Made by a program: the position numbers and the translations under genes
The notes under the pieces: generated by a model
Databases searched by the model: none
Seen by the model: the letters and a program-made list of their open reading frames with translations, nothing else
What the model was told of the DNA's origin: nothing
Shown: positions 38,108 through 48,522 of the stretch, piece after piece
Layout: each line of letters begins with the position of its first letter
Numbering within the stretch: position 1 is the first letter of the stretch
Assembly: GCA_035994985.1 (NCBI GenBank)
Contig: DASYKZ010000013.1
Coordinates: 1,834 to 65,833, forward strand
Source of the DNA: Minisyncoccota bacterium
Lineage (GTDB): Bacteria; Patescibacteriota; Minisyncoccia; Phycocordibacterales; UBA9973
DNA: 64,000 nt
Direction: 5' to 3'

Positions 38108-38751
38108 GATCCATCAAGGTCGTTCCAGGCCAGGATTTTCCATTTATCTTTTTTGAACCAGTGTCTAGTCAAGGACACTATGGCCATGCTCGCATTGTTT
38201 ACCGGATTATAGGAACTCAATTTATTGTAAACTGATGCGCTAAGTGTATCTCCTTCCAGCATATACGCCACCACCATCTTGAGGAATATTCCATGAGTTA
38301 CCATGATGATTCTTTCCTCCCGCCTTCTCTTTATAAATTTCAACAGCTTTTTTGCACGCGCTTTTAAATCTACGAAATTCTCTTCGTCGGAAATGCGCAG
38401 ATTGTCCTCATGGAAGCTTTTATCCATCTGGTCTACGATGAGTTTTACTTTTGCATCTTCGCCCCACTGGCCGATGATTTCTGAAGGGTTTCTCCGCTCT
38501 ACCAACAAATCAGAGTATTCCACTTTCATGTTGAGTTCTTTGCCGATAATTTCTGCGGTCTCACGGGTGCGCTCAAAAGGGCTTGCGACGATGGCTTGGG
38601 GGCGGCCCCTGTGCTTTGGAAAGCGCTTTGCCGTCTCCAGGGCCTGAGTCCGGCCGAGCTCGGTCAGTCCGCCTTCAGCTCCTTGCCGGATGTTTTGGGC
38701 ATTGAGGACGGTTTCTCCGTGCCGGACGAAATATATAAGCTTGGTTGACAT
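38104..38751 (-). CDS. histidine phosphatase family protein (phosphoglycerate mutase-like)
   Basis: LIYFVRHGET (RHG catalytic motif), second His in VTHG. Confidence 0.8.
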   Translation of the reverse strand: MSTKLIYFVRHGETVLNAQNIRQGAEGGLTELGRTQALETAKRFPKHRGRPQAIVASPFERTRETAEIIGKELNMKVEYSDLLVERRNPSEIIGQWGEDAKVKLIVDQMDKSFHEDNLRISDEENFVDLKARAKKLLKFIKRRREERIIMVTHGIFLKMVVAYMLEGDTLSASVYNKLSSYNPVNNASMAIVSLTRHWFKKDKWKILAWNDLDGS

Positions 38752-38816
38752 ATATTGCTATTTTACTATAGATTTGTGCTATACTTAAGCTTATTAATAT
38801 TTAATATATAAATTTT

Positions 38817-39002
38817 ATGGCAACACTTATGGCTTTGTGTATGAAATGTAGGACTAACAACAAACCTACAATGCGGGAGATGAAGGACCCAGTAGTGACA
38901 AAGAACGAAAAGAATAGATACTCTGCAAAGGGCAAATGTTCTGTGTGCGGAGGTAACATGTTTAAATTCATGTCTGAGGCGGATGCAAAGCCTCTGATGT
39001 AA
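38817..39002 (+). CDS. small zinc-ribbon protein (CxxC...CxxC)
   Basis: CMKC...CSVCGG. Confidence 0.4.
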   Translation: MATLMALCMKCRTNNKPTMREMKDPVVTKNEKNRYSAKGKCSVCGGNMFKFMSEADAKPLM

Positions 39003-39071
39003 TTTAGCGAAATTATGCCGCGCACCGTCCATTGAAGCGCGGCGCAATTATAAACCTAATTTCAAAATCAT

Positions 39072-39134
39072 ATGGCAAAAGGTACAGGCGCAAGGAAAGA
39101 AAAGAAGAAACCAAAGAAAGTAAAGACAAAATAA
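39072..39134 (+). CDS. Lys-rich micro-ORF (MAKGTGARKEKKKPKKVKTK) followed directly by intrinsic terminator
   Basis: 20 codons, found by eye, not in ORF track. Confidence 0.25.
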   Translation: MAKGTGARKEKKKPKKVKTK

Positions 39135-39142
39135 AACCAACT

Positions 39143-39168
39143 AAAAAGCCCCCACTCGGGGGCTTTTT
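39143..39168 (+). terminator. rho-independent terminator AAAAAGCCCCC-actc-GGGGGCTTTTT
   Basis: Perfect GC-rich stem with flanking A/T runs. Confidence 0.6.
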
Positions 39169-39193
39169 AGTTGCTAGTGGCTTCAGAGTTTAC

Positions 39194-40279
39194 ATGCTAC
39201 AATCGCGGTATATGAACTTCATAAAATTTATCAGAATTTTTCTTTTAGTATTAATTGTTATAGGTATAGGACTTTTAGCGACTCAAAAATTCTGGGTGCC
39301 GAAAGTAGTTTATATGATTTTAAAGACGGACGGAAATCAAATACAACAGGCAACTTCTGTGGCAGCTAATGGAGAAGAGCTGTATTATGCCAAAGATGGG
39401 AAAATTTTTGTATTTAATACATCAAATAGCACAACAAAGCTTCTCACAGGGCTTCCGAATGTAACTAGCATAAGGTCTTTAACTTTTAGTGAGGATGGTA
39501 GGCATCTTCTTTTTACAGGTTATATAGACAACGAGAGTTCCATATTATATGATTATGACTTTGAAACCAAAAAAACAACAAATCTATATTCAGGGCCTTA
39601 TTTGACAGCTACATTTTCTCCGAATGGCAAATACGTCTTGGCAGAAGGGGGAGGTTACGTTGGGGATGGCAAAATAGCAATTATAAACTTAGAGACAAAA
39701 GATAAAATCGCTGATGGTTATGCGAGAACGATTAGATGGTCTCCTGATGGAAAAAAATATGCATTACAGGCGGCTGAAATAGATTTAAATAACTCTACTG
39801 GAGAGCATCAAACAATTAACTCTGTATTTGTTACTGCTGTTGAATCAGATAATATACAATACACAAATAGACCTACTATAGGAAACCTTGGTTCAAGTTA
39901 TGAACTCATACGATGGATAGATAATGATACTTTTGTATACAAGCAAATTGTTTTCGACCCTCCTTTTTTGCCTAAAGACCAACATAGCAAAAATGACAGC
40001 GAAAGAAAATATTGGCAAAACCATTACCAAAATAGTAAAAAATTGTACTTTAGCATAAATGTAAAAACTCTTGAAAAGAAAGAGGTTAAAGAACAAGAGA
40101 TAACATATCCAAAATATGATCCAAATACAGAACTACTCTCTCCACTTAAAGATTGGAAAATTGATCGAGTGGATGAAGACGAAATGGATGTAAGCCACTA
40201 TTATGTTGTTCGATTAAGCGATAAATTACGTGTTAAACTTGATGATAATATTACTACTGCCTGGCGACCTATAAAATAG
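39194..40279 (+). CDS. membrane-anchored beta-propeller (TolB/WD40-like repeat) protein
   Basis: Repeated FSPNGKYVLAEG / RWSPDGKKYAL blade motifs; ORF track's 39032 start reads through the upstream terminator. Confidence 0.5.
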   Translation: MLQSRYMNFIKFIRIFLLVLIVIGIGLLATQKFWVPKVVYMILKTDGNQIQQATSVAANGEELYYAKDGKIFVFNTSNSTTKLLTGLPNVTSIRSLTFSEDGRHLLFTGYIDNESSILYDYDFETKKTTNLYSGPYLTATFSPNGKYVLAEGGGYVGDGKIAIINLETKDKIADGYARTIRWSPDGKKYALQAAEIDLNNSTGEHQTINSVFVTAVESDNIQYTNRPTIGNLGSSYELIRWIDNDTFVYKQIVFDPPFLPKDQHSKNDSERKYWQNHYQNSKKLYFSINVKTLEKKEVKEQEITYPKYDPNTELLSPLKDWKIDRVDEDEMDVSHYYVVRLSDKLRVKLDDNITTAWRPIK

Positions 40280-40282
40280 CAT

Positions 40283-40312
40283 AAAAAAGCCCCTATTATG
40301 GGGCTTTTTTAT
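40283..40312 (+). terminator. rho-independent terminator AAAAAAGCCCC-tattat-GGGGCTTTTTT
   Basis: Seen directly downstream of 39194-40279. Confidence 0.65.
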
Positions 40313-40314
40313 GC

Positions 40315-40343
40315 TTGACTTGGATTTTCACTTAGTATATACT
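40315..40343 (+). promoter_or_regulatory. candidate 16S rRNA promoter TTGACT-N17-TATACT
   Basis: -35 at 40315-40320, -10 at 40338-40343, ~260 nt upstream of mature 16S 5' end. Confidence 0.5.
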
Positions 40344-40551
40344 TGCACCAGCGTCTTTCCTTGTATGGGATAGGGCGTTTTTGTTTCCATGGGCTAGATT
40401 TATCTTGCTCTTGCAACGAAAACTCTTTGAAAAGTGAATAAAATTGAGAACCCCGATTCAGATAGTCTCTGGGTCGGGAAGCAAGTCTCAAGAAGTTTTT
40501 TGAGTAATAATTTACGAGCTAGGACGGACAGATATATAAAGCAAAAGCATT

Positions 40552-40575
40552 GCTGTTTTTTGTTTTGTTTCGTTC
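40552..40575 (+). other. 5' half of rRNA precursor processing stem (pairs with 42327-42350, 22/24 bp)
   Basis: GCTGTTTTTTGTTTTGTTTCGTTC vs reverse complement of GAACGAAACAAAACAAAGTACAGC. Confidence 0.55.
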
Positions 40576-40599
40576 TTACCCTTTCAATAGGGAATAACT

Positions 40600-42165
<1,566 letters not shown>

Positions 42166-42326
42166 ATTTGAAAAATATCCCAATTTTAATTTATTAGAAT
42201 TGTGTATACCACCCGTTGGTATCGGATTTATTGAGTCGGTATTGTGTAGCTCAATTGACTACACAATGGAAAATAATAGAACTTCCTAAAAACTATTTGG
42301 CCGGAAGGAAAGACTTCTAAGTTATA

Positions 42327-42350
42327 GAACGAAACAAAACAAAGTACAGC
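42327..42350 (+). other. 3' half of rRNA precursor processing stem
   Basis: Complementary to 40552-40575. Confidence 0.55.
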
Positions 42351-42360
42351 AAACTACAAA

Positions 42361-42388
42361 AAACACCTCGCGCAAGCGAGGTGTTTTT
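42361..42388 (+). terminator. rho-independent terminator ending the 16S transcript (AAACACCTCGC-gcaa-GCGAGGTGTTTTTT)
   Basis: Perfect 11-bp stem plus T-run. Confidence 0.65.
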
Positions 42389-42391
42389 TAG

Positions 42392-42419
42392 TTGACATTT
42401 TAATAACTTTATATATAAT
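42392..42419 (+). promoter_or_regulatory. sigma70-like promoter TTGACA-N16-TATAAT
   Basis: TTGACA 42392-42397; TATAAT 42414-42419; drives ~320-nt structured leader before Ddl-like gene. Confidence 0.45.
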
Positions 42420-42741
42420 AATTTATGGGTATAAACAACACTATGGGTTCACTAGAGAGTCAGTCTACGCAAGACTTTTGTCTAGTGCAAGGATTCGATG
42501 CCTTGAGTGGAGTTCTTTAAGGAAATGTATTGTGCAGTATCAGCTGGAGGTTTTGAGAGAAAAGGGATCTATAAATGCTAATGGTAGGCGTTGTCAGAAA
42601 GTATAATTGACCTTTGATTCAAATAACCGTGAGTGAGAGACCAGCCGTATATGGAAATAAAGAACTTTGGCTCAGGGAGGGGTTGCTTTGGCAAAACCTC
42701 CCTTTAATTTTTGTAAAATACTTTTATGGTACAATTTATTC

Positions 42742-43683
42742 ATGCAATCAGGCACGATAAAGCGAATTGGAATATTGCGGGGCGGAACAGGGAACGATTA
42801 TACTTCCTCTCTCCGTCATGGCGGCGATATTATTTCTCTTATCACGGAAAATCTTAGCGACAAATATAAAACGTTTGATATTTTAATTGATAAAGAAGGG
42901 GTCTGGCATTTAAACGGCCTGCCTGTAAAGCTGGAAGATTTGGCACACAGGATTGATATCGCTTGGAATACTTTGCACCCAAGCTTTGGTAATACATTAG
43001 AAAATTTATCTATACCGCATGTGAGTACCCGAGCTTTTTCTCATACGCTCGCGACGAGCCGTGAAATGCTCGCGGAGCATATGAGAAAAGCTGGCATAGA
43101 GCTGCCCCGGCATCTAGTCATACCCGTGTACCAAAAAGATTTCGACGGTGATAGAAGTAAATACTCTATAAAAAAAGCCAAGGAAATCCATGAAAAATTC
43201 GGCGCACCGTGGATTGTAAAATCTTTCACTCCCGATTCCAGCATGGGCATACATTTGGCGAAAACTTTTGATGAATTGGTGGGCGCGATAGAAGACGGAG
43301 TGAAACATGAAAAAAGTATCTTGGTGGAAGAATTTATTTCGGGCAAAATTGCTTCGTTCCATTCCGTGCCTCATTTCCGGGGCGAGGACATTTACAATTT
43401 TCCTCTTGGCAACACATATGGCAATTTTTCATCTTCTGAAAAAGATACATTACATGTTCTCGTCCGGCAGCTCTATACCCACCTTGGCGCGGGGCATTAT
43501 ATGAAGTCCGATTTTGTTTTGAACTCTGTGGGTAAAACTGGGAAAATTTATCTATTAAATATAGAACTTAGCCCGGACCTGCGGCCAGATTCGCATTTTT
43601 CCCAAGTCTGCGATATGGCAGGCGTAAAACCGCACCATGTGATAGAGCATATTCTGGAGCAGACCCATATTTTAGAGCTCTAA
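42742..43683 (+). CDS. D-alanine--D-alanine ligase-like ATP-grasp protein with substituted catalytic motifs
   Basis: KRIGILRGG, LHPSFGNTLENLSIPHVS (cf. LHGxxGEDGxxQGxLExxxIPYVG), PWIVKS..SSMGI; ORF track's 42667 start lies inside a leader hairpin. Confidence 0.55.
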   Translation: MQSGTIKRIGILRGGTGNDYTSSLRHGGDIISLITENLSDKYKTFDILIDKEGVWHLNGLPVKLEDLAHRIDIAWNTLHPSFGNTLENLSIPHVSTRAFSHTLATSREMLAEHMRKAGIELPRHLVIPVYQKDFDGDRSKYSIKKAKEIHEKFGAPWIVKSFTPDSSMGIHLAKTFDELVGAIEDGVKHEKSILVEEFISGKIASFHSVPHFRGEDIYNFPLGNTYGNFSSSEKDTLHVLVRQLYTHLGAGHYMKSDFVLNSVGKTGKIYLLNIELSPDLRPDSHFSQVCDMAGVKPHHVIEHILEQTHILEL

Positions 43684-43794
43684 ATTTTATGTTATAATAG
43701 TACTTACAGATTGTTTTTATCTGTAGCGGGTGGTCGCACTCACATAGGCACACATGTTGGAGTTTCGCCATCACCCGCTTCAAATGCAAATAAT

Positions 43795-43826
43795 TAAAAA
43801 ACACACTCCTCAGGGAGTGTGTTTTT
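43795..43826 (+). terminator. rho-independent terminator AAAAAACACACTCC-tcag-GGAGTGTGTTTTT
   Basis: Directly after Ddl-like stop. Confidence 0.6.
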
Positions 43827-43858
43827 GCCTGAGAGGAGTTATTTATCCCAGTACTAAA

Positions 43859-43880
43859 ATTTTAGTACTGTTTATAGCAT
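43859..43880. promoter_or_regulatory. perfect 22-bp palindrome CAGTACTAAAA|TTTTAGTACTG in AT-rich intergenic region
   Basis: Exact reverse-complement symmetry. Confidence 0.4.
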
Positions 43881-43993
43881 AGGCTTTGATTTTTTGAGTT
43901 TTAAATTATATGTGCGCTTTATTTTTAATAATCAAAAATTTAGTACGGGATTCTCAAATTTTATAATCGTTAGCGCTTTTTAAAATTTGGAAG

Positions 43994-44002
43994 TTATCCA
44001 CA
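43994..44002 (+). promoter_or_regulatory. perfect DnaA-box consensus TTATCCACA (intergenic, upstream of secA region)
   Basis: Exact 9-mer with shared flanks to site 23869. Confidence 0.3.
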
Positions 44003-44161
44003 GTTTTGCTTGAAAAGTATTGTATTATGTTTTGATATGCGGGATAATTAATATAGTTCGTTGCGGTAATTTTTAAAAGTATTTTCTCAAATTTATTTTT
44101 GGAAAATATTTTTAGGTCGTTTACTGCAAACTAAATTAATAATTTAATTTAAAAAAATATT

Positions 44162-44263
44162 ATGGCAGCAAAAAAGAAGAAGAAGGCAGCTCCAAAGAAA
44201 AAGGTAGTTGCAAAGAAGAAGAAGGCAGCTCCAAAGAAGAAAGCAGCAAAGAAGCGAGCGTAG
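44162..44263 (+). CDS. Lys/Ala-rich micro-ORF (MAAKKKKKAAPKKKVVAKKKKAAPKKKAAKKRA) with internal direct repeat, followed by intrinsic terminator
   Basis: 33 codons; found by eye, not in ORF track. Confidence 0.3.
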   Translation: MAAKKKKKAAPKKKVVAKKKKAAPKKKAAKKRA

Positions 44264-44283
44264 TTTCTACTGTTCTCACTTAC

Positions 44284-44316
44284 AAAAAACCCCACCATTG
44301 CGTGGGTTTTTTGTTT
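44284..44316 (+). terminator. rho-independent terminator AAAAAACCCCAC-cattgc-GTGGGTTTTTTGTTTTT
   Basis: Seen directly after micro-ORF. Confidence 0.65.
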
Positions 44317-44350
44317 TTAATAAAGGGAAGTTTGTGCTAGAATATAACTT

Positions 44351-46897
44351 ATGTCTATATTTAGTAAGATATTTGGAGACGAAAGCTCCAAATTTGTTAA
44401 TAACAGCAAGGAAATTATAGCCAAAATCAATGCCTTTGAGGCGGATATGGGTAAGCTCGCAGATGCTGATTTTCCAAAGAAAACCCAGGAGTTTAGAGAC
44501 AGGCTGTCCTTAAAGGGAAGCAAAGAAACTTTGAAAGATATCTTGCCCGAAGCTTTTGCTTTGGTGCGGGAAGCAGCCAGGCGAAATTTGGGCGAGAGGC
44601 ACTACGACGTCCAGCTCATCGGAGGACTCGCCCTTGATAGCGGAAAAATAGTGGAAATGAAAACTGGTGAAGGAAAGACACTGGTGGCCACTTTGCCCGC
44701 ATACCTCAATGCCATAGAAGGCAAAGGGGTACATATTATTACTGTCAACGATTATCTCGCAAGGAGAGACGCGGTACTCATGGGCCAAGTCTACAATTTT
44801 CTCGGCCTCTCCGTCGGCGTCATCAATTCAAATAATGTTTCCTATATGTACGATGCGGCACATATAAAAGAAGATAAAGAGCGCGATACAGTGGGAGAAT
44901 TTAAAATTGTATATGAATTTCTAAAACCATCTACCAGAAAAGAATCCTACGCCGCAGACATTACCTACGGAACTAATCATGAATATGGCTTTGATTACCT
45001 TCGTGACAACTTGGCCACCAGAGTGGAAGACCTCGTCCAAAGAGAGCACAACTTTGCGATTGTGGACGAAGTAGACTCTATTCTCATAGACGAAGCCCGC
45101 ACTCCGCTCATTATTTCTTCTTCAGCGGGCGATTCGGAAGATTTTTACGTTAAATTTTACCAGATAGCCAAACAGCTGAAGCGGGATGTGGACTATGAAG
45201 TGGACGAAAAATTCAAGGCCATTACCCTTACAGATGCGGGTATTTCCAAGGCGGAAGGGCTTCTCGGCGTGGACAATATTTACACCGAAAAAGGCATAAA
45301 ACAGGTGCACCATCTGGAGACAGCCGTAAAAGCGCAGGCTATTTTTGAGAAAGACAAGGATTATGTGGTCAAAGACGGCGAAGTCATCATCGTAGACCCT
45401 TTTACTGGACGCTTGCAGCCAGGCCGCCGCTGGAGCGAGGGCATCCACCAAGCTATCGAAGCCAAAGAGGGCGTGAAAATCGAAAAAGAAACCCGCTCCA
45501 GCGGCTCCATCACATTTCAAAACTATTTCAGGTTTTACAAAAAGCTTTCCGGCATGACCGGTACTGCGCTTACCTCGGCAGAAGAATTTTTGAAAGTGTA
45601 TGGCCTTGATGTCATAGTAGTGCCGACGCACCGGCCAGTAATACGTAAAGACTTTCCAGATTTAATCTTCCAAAATGAGAAAGGGAAATTTCAAGCAATC
45701 GCCAAGAGAATCAAAGAATTAAACGATAAGGGCCAGCCGGTCCTAATCGGTACTATTTCAATCGAAAAAAACGAACTCCTTTCCGCATACCTAAAAGCTG
45801 AAGGAGTACAGCATACTATATTGAATGCCAAGAACCATGAAAAAGAAGGGGAAATCATAGCACAAGCGGGCAAACGGGCTGCCGTCACCATCGCTACAAA
45901 CATGGCCGGCCGCGGAATAGACATCAAGCTTGGCGGAAATCCTATCGTGCCCGAAGAATATGAATTCGTAAAAAATGCCGGCGGACTTTTTGTCTTGGGA
46001 ACAGAGCGGCACGAAGCGAGAAGGATAGACAACCAACTCCGTGGGCGCTCTGGACGCCAGGGCGACCCGGGAGGAACTCAATTTTATGTGTCGCTTGATG
46101 ATGACCTTATGCGGGTATTCGGCTCGGAGAAAATAAAAAATATGATGGGGAGGTTTGGCATACCGGAAGACCAACCTATTGAAAACCGCTTTATCGGGCG
46201 TACACTAGAGGGCGCGCAGGCAAAGATTGAGGGATTCCATTTTGATGCCCGAAAAAACACTCTTGAATACGACGATGTTATGAACCATCAGCGGAAAATT
46301 ATTTATGAAAGGCGCCAGAAAATGCTGCGCGCAGACAAGGGAGGTATTGAGACCTTGCTCCTTGAGGTGGCTTTGGGAAGGGAAGGCTTTGATAAAACAG
46401 TAGAGGAGAAAAAGGAGCAGCTTGGCGAGGAAGCTTTTAATGAAACAGTGCGCCGGGTGGCTCTCTATGCTACAGATGTGCTTTGGATGGAACATCTGGA
46501 ATCTATGGACTATCTGCGTTCCTCGGTAAACCTGCGGGCATACGGACAGAGGGAGCCGATAGTGGAATACAAGAAAGATGGACTCACTATGTTTAAAGAA
46601 ATGGAGGAATCTTTCAAAGAGCAAGTCGCTTCTCTCGTCCAGAATATCAATATTGAAGAAGCAAAGAATATGAAGAAAGAAGAAATTGTGGAGGCGGGGC
46701 AAACATTGGTCACGAGCCATACGGAGCCGACTGAACTTGGAGGTAAAAATACCGCTCTAAATATTGACGGTAAGGAAGTCGGTAGAAATGACCCTTGCCC
46801 ATGTGGAGCGATAAATCCGGCTACCGGTGAAGTCTACAAGTGGAAAAAATGTGGAATGATAAATGCTCCGCAGCACCGAAAATCTTTGATTAATTAG
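44351..46897 (+). CDS. secA: preprotein translocase ATPase SecA
   Basis: MKTGEGKTLVATLPAYLNA Walker A, DEAD-like motor, C-terminal CPCG...KWKKCG metal-binding tail; TAGAAT 7 nt upstream of ATG. Confidence 0.95.
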   Translation: MSIFSKIFGDESSKFVNNSKEIIAKINAFEADMGKLADADFPKKTQEFRDRLSLKGSKETLKDILPEAFALVREAARRNLGERHYDVQLIGGLALDSGKIVEMKTGEGKTLVATLPAYLNAIEGKGVHIITVNDYLARRDAVLMGQVYNFLGLSVGVINSNNVSYMYDAAHIKEDKERDTVGEFKIVYEFLKPSTRKESYAADITYGTNHEYGFDYLRDNLATRVEDLVQREHNFAIVDEVDSILIDEARTPLIISSSAGDSEDFYVKFYQIAKQLKRDVDYEVDEKFKAITLTDAGISKAEGLLGVDNIYTEKGIKQVHHLETAVKAQAIFEKDKDYVVKDGEVIIVDPFTGRLQPGRRWSEGIHQAIEAKEGVKIEKETRSSGSITFQNYFRFYKKLSGMTGTALTSAEEFLKVYGLDVIVVPTHRPVIRKDFPDLIFQNEKGKFQAIAKRIKELNDKGQPVLIGTISIEKNELLSAYLKAEGVQHTILNAKNHEKEGEIIAQAGKRAAVTIATNMAGRGIDIKLGGNPIVPEEYEFVKNAGGLFVLGTERHEARRIDNQLRGRSGRQGDPGGTQFYVSLDDDLMRVFGSEKIKNMMGRFGIPEDQPIENRFIGRTLEGAQAKIEGFHFDARKNTLEYDDVMNHQRKIIYERRQKMLRADKGGIETLLLEVALGREGFDKTVEEKKEQLGEEAFNETVRRVALYATDVLWMEHLESMDYLRSSVNLRAYGQREPIVEYKKDGLTMFKEMEESFKEQVASLVQNINIEEAKNMKKEEIVEAGQTLVTSHTEPTELGGKNTALNIDGKEVGRNDPCPCGAINPATGEVYKWKKCGMINAPQHRKSLIN

Positions 46898-46903
46898 AAA
46901 TTT

Positions 46904-47356
46904 ATGGAAGAAATAAATAGACCAAAAGTAGGAACGGGAATTTTCATTCTTAACGACAAGAAGCAAGTTTTATTTCAGAAAAGAACAGGCGCTCATGGAA
47001 CTGATAGCTGGGCTTTGCCGGGTGGACATTTAGAATGGCAGGAAAGTTTTCTAGAAAATGCTATTAGAGAAGGTAAAGAAGAGACTGACCTAGACATTCA
47101 AGATGTAGAAGTCGTTGGTGTCACTAATGACATATTTAAGGAAGAGAAAAAACACTATGTAACGATTTACATGAAAGTAACGAAATGGAGCGGAACTCCC
47201 AAAATAACTGAACCGGATAGATGCTTAGAAATGGATTGGTTTAATTTGGATAAGTTGCCTACGCCAATGTTTGTTTCAGATATAAACTTTTTTGAACTAA
47301 ATACGTTATGTTTATGTGGAAGTGGTAATAAATACAAGGAATGTCATGGAAAGTAA
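46904..47356 (+). CDS. NUDIX hydrolase with C-terminal SEC-C zinc-binding motif
   Basis: NUDIX box GGHLEWQESFLENAIREGKEETDLD; C-terminal CLCGSGNKYKECHG (canonical SEC-C). Confidence 0.75.
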   Translation: MEEINRPKVGTGIFILNDKKQVLFQKRTGAHGTDSWALPGGHLEWQESFLENAIREGKEETDLDIQDVEVVGVTNDIFKEEKKHYVTIYMKVTKWSGTPKITEPDRCLEMDWFNLDKLPTPMFVSDINFFELNTLCLCGSGNKYKECHGK

Positions 47357-47696
47357 TTCAGAAAAAATAATGATCAACATTGGTGATTTTGCAAAACTGG
47401 AAATAAAAATAGGCACAGTTGTGTCTGCGGAAAAAATACCCGAAGGGGACAAGCTTTTGAAGCTTGTCTTTGATATTGGAGGCAATGAACATAGACAAGT
47501 CATGTCTGGCATAGCAGAATTTTTCCCCGACCCCTCTTCGCTTATCGGTAAACAAATGCCCCTGGTACTAAATCTTGAGCCTCGCAAACTACGCGGGTAT
47601 GAAAGCCAAGGAATGATACTGGCAGCTGACGTTGGTGGGAAAGCTGTTCTATTACAGCCTGAAACAGAAGTTCTTTCCGGGAGTGTCGTTAAATAA
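47346..47696 (+). CDS. csaA: tRNA-binding domain protein (CsaA/Trbp111/EMAP-like)
   Basis: KIGTVVSAEKIPEGDKLLKL...ESQGMILAA OB-fold tRNA-binding signature; start moved to second ATG. Confidence 0.7.
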   Translation: MESNSEKIMINIGDFAKLEIKIGTVVSAEKIPEGDKLLKLVFDIGGNEHRQVMSGIAEFFPDPSSLIGKQMPLVLNLEPRKLRGYESQGMILAADVGGKAVLLQPETEVLSGSVVK

Positions 47697-47774
47697 AAAA
47701 TAAAGATATTCTAAAAATTCAAGTTTTTTATCCACATCAAGGCATATGGAGCCGTGTGATATAATTAGAAAATT

Positions 47775-48512
47775 ATGAGCCAATCATACTACATTTTACA
47801 GGACAGAGATCTACTCTTGGACAACCAAGGCAAGCGGTATCATTTAAAAATAAGAGACTTGCCCGAAGAAGAAAAACCCCGGGAAAAACTTTTAAAACAT
47901 GGCTTGGGGGCCTTGTCTGTTTCCGAGCTCTTGGCTGTAGTTTTAAATATCGGTACGACCAAGGAAGGAGTGCTGGAAATGTCAGAGAGGATACTCAAAG
48001 AGTATGGCGAGGGCGGCATCATGAGCCAAAAAAATCCTGCGGTGTTATCCAAAGACCTTGATTTGCCTATCGGCAAATCCATGCAAATCGTAGCCTGCTC
48101 GGAACTGGGCCGGAGATTCTTCCAAAAGAATGATTCTTCTCTCCCCACTATCCGGACTGCCAGCGAAATATTTAATTATGTGGGCGGCATGCGCAATCTC
48201 TCCAAAGAGCACTTGCGGGGCATTTATCTCAATGCCCATTACAAGGTTATCCACGATGAGGTCATTTCCATCGGCACAGTAGATGCTAATATCATCCATC
48301 CTCGGGAAGTGTTCAAGCCGGCGCTGGAGCATTCTGCCGTGGCCGTTATTTTGGTGCACAATCATCCTTCAGGCATTGCTGCTCCAAGCGAAGCCGACCT
48401 GTCGGTGACTGCCCAGCTTGTCGAAGCAGGCAAGCTTTTAGGGGTGGACTTAATAGACCATGTGATTGTCACCAAAGACGATTTCCTTAGTATTCCTGCC
48501 AGGTATAATTAG
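47775..48512 (+). CDS. radC: RadC-like JAB/MPN domain protein
   Basis: N-terminal HhH, JAMM motif HNHPSG. Confidence 0.85.
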   Translation: MSQSYYILQDRDLLLDNQGKRYHLKIRDLPEEEKPREKLLKHGLGALSVSELLAVVLNIGTTKEGVLEMSERILKEYGEGGIMSQKNPAVLSKDLDLPIGKSMQIVACSELGRRFFQKNDSSLPTIRTASEIFNYVGGMRNLSKEHLRGIYLNAHYKVIHDEVISIGTVDANIIHPREVFKPALEHSAVAVILVHNHPSGIAAPSEADLSVTAQLVEAGKLLGVDLIDHVIVTKDDFLSIPARYN

Positions 48513-48522
48513 ATATCAAAAT

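Noticed and set aside
39032-39193. N-terminal extension of the 415-aa ORF (start 39032)
   Set aside because: The extension reads through an obvious intrinsic terminator (39143-39168) and a separate Lys-rich micro-ORF in another frame; the real start is most likely 39194/39212.
42290-42320. SRP RNA-like motif CCGGAAGGAAAG in the 16S trailer
   Set aside because: Only a short partial resemblance to the domain IV GGAAGGAAGCAGC. The surrounding sequence does not form the helix 8 structure and lies inside the rRNA precursor trailer.
42667-43683. Possibility that the 338-aa ORF after the 16S is an intron-encoded homing endonuclease and that the missing anti-SD is on a 3' exon
   Set aside because: The protein aligns to D-Ala-D-Ala ligase (ATP-grasp), not LAGLIDADG/GIY-YIG. 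A terminator and a promoter separate it from the 16S. The 16S length (~1.56 kb) shows no large insertion. A 3' intron is not fully excluded and is listed as a check.
43684-44161. Chromosomal replication origin (oriC) call for the AT-rich intergenic region with a DnaA box
   Set aside because: Only one perfect box plus one near-match; no dnaA/dnaN nearby; no clustered boxes.
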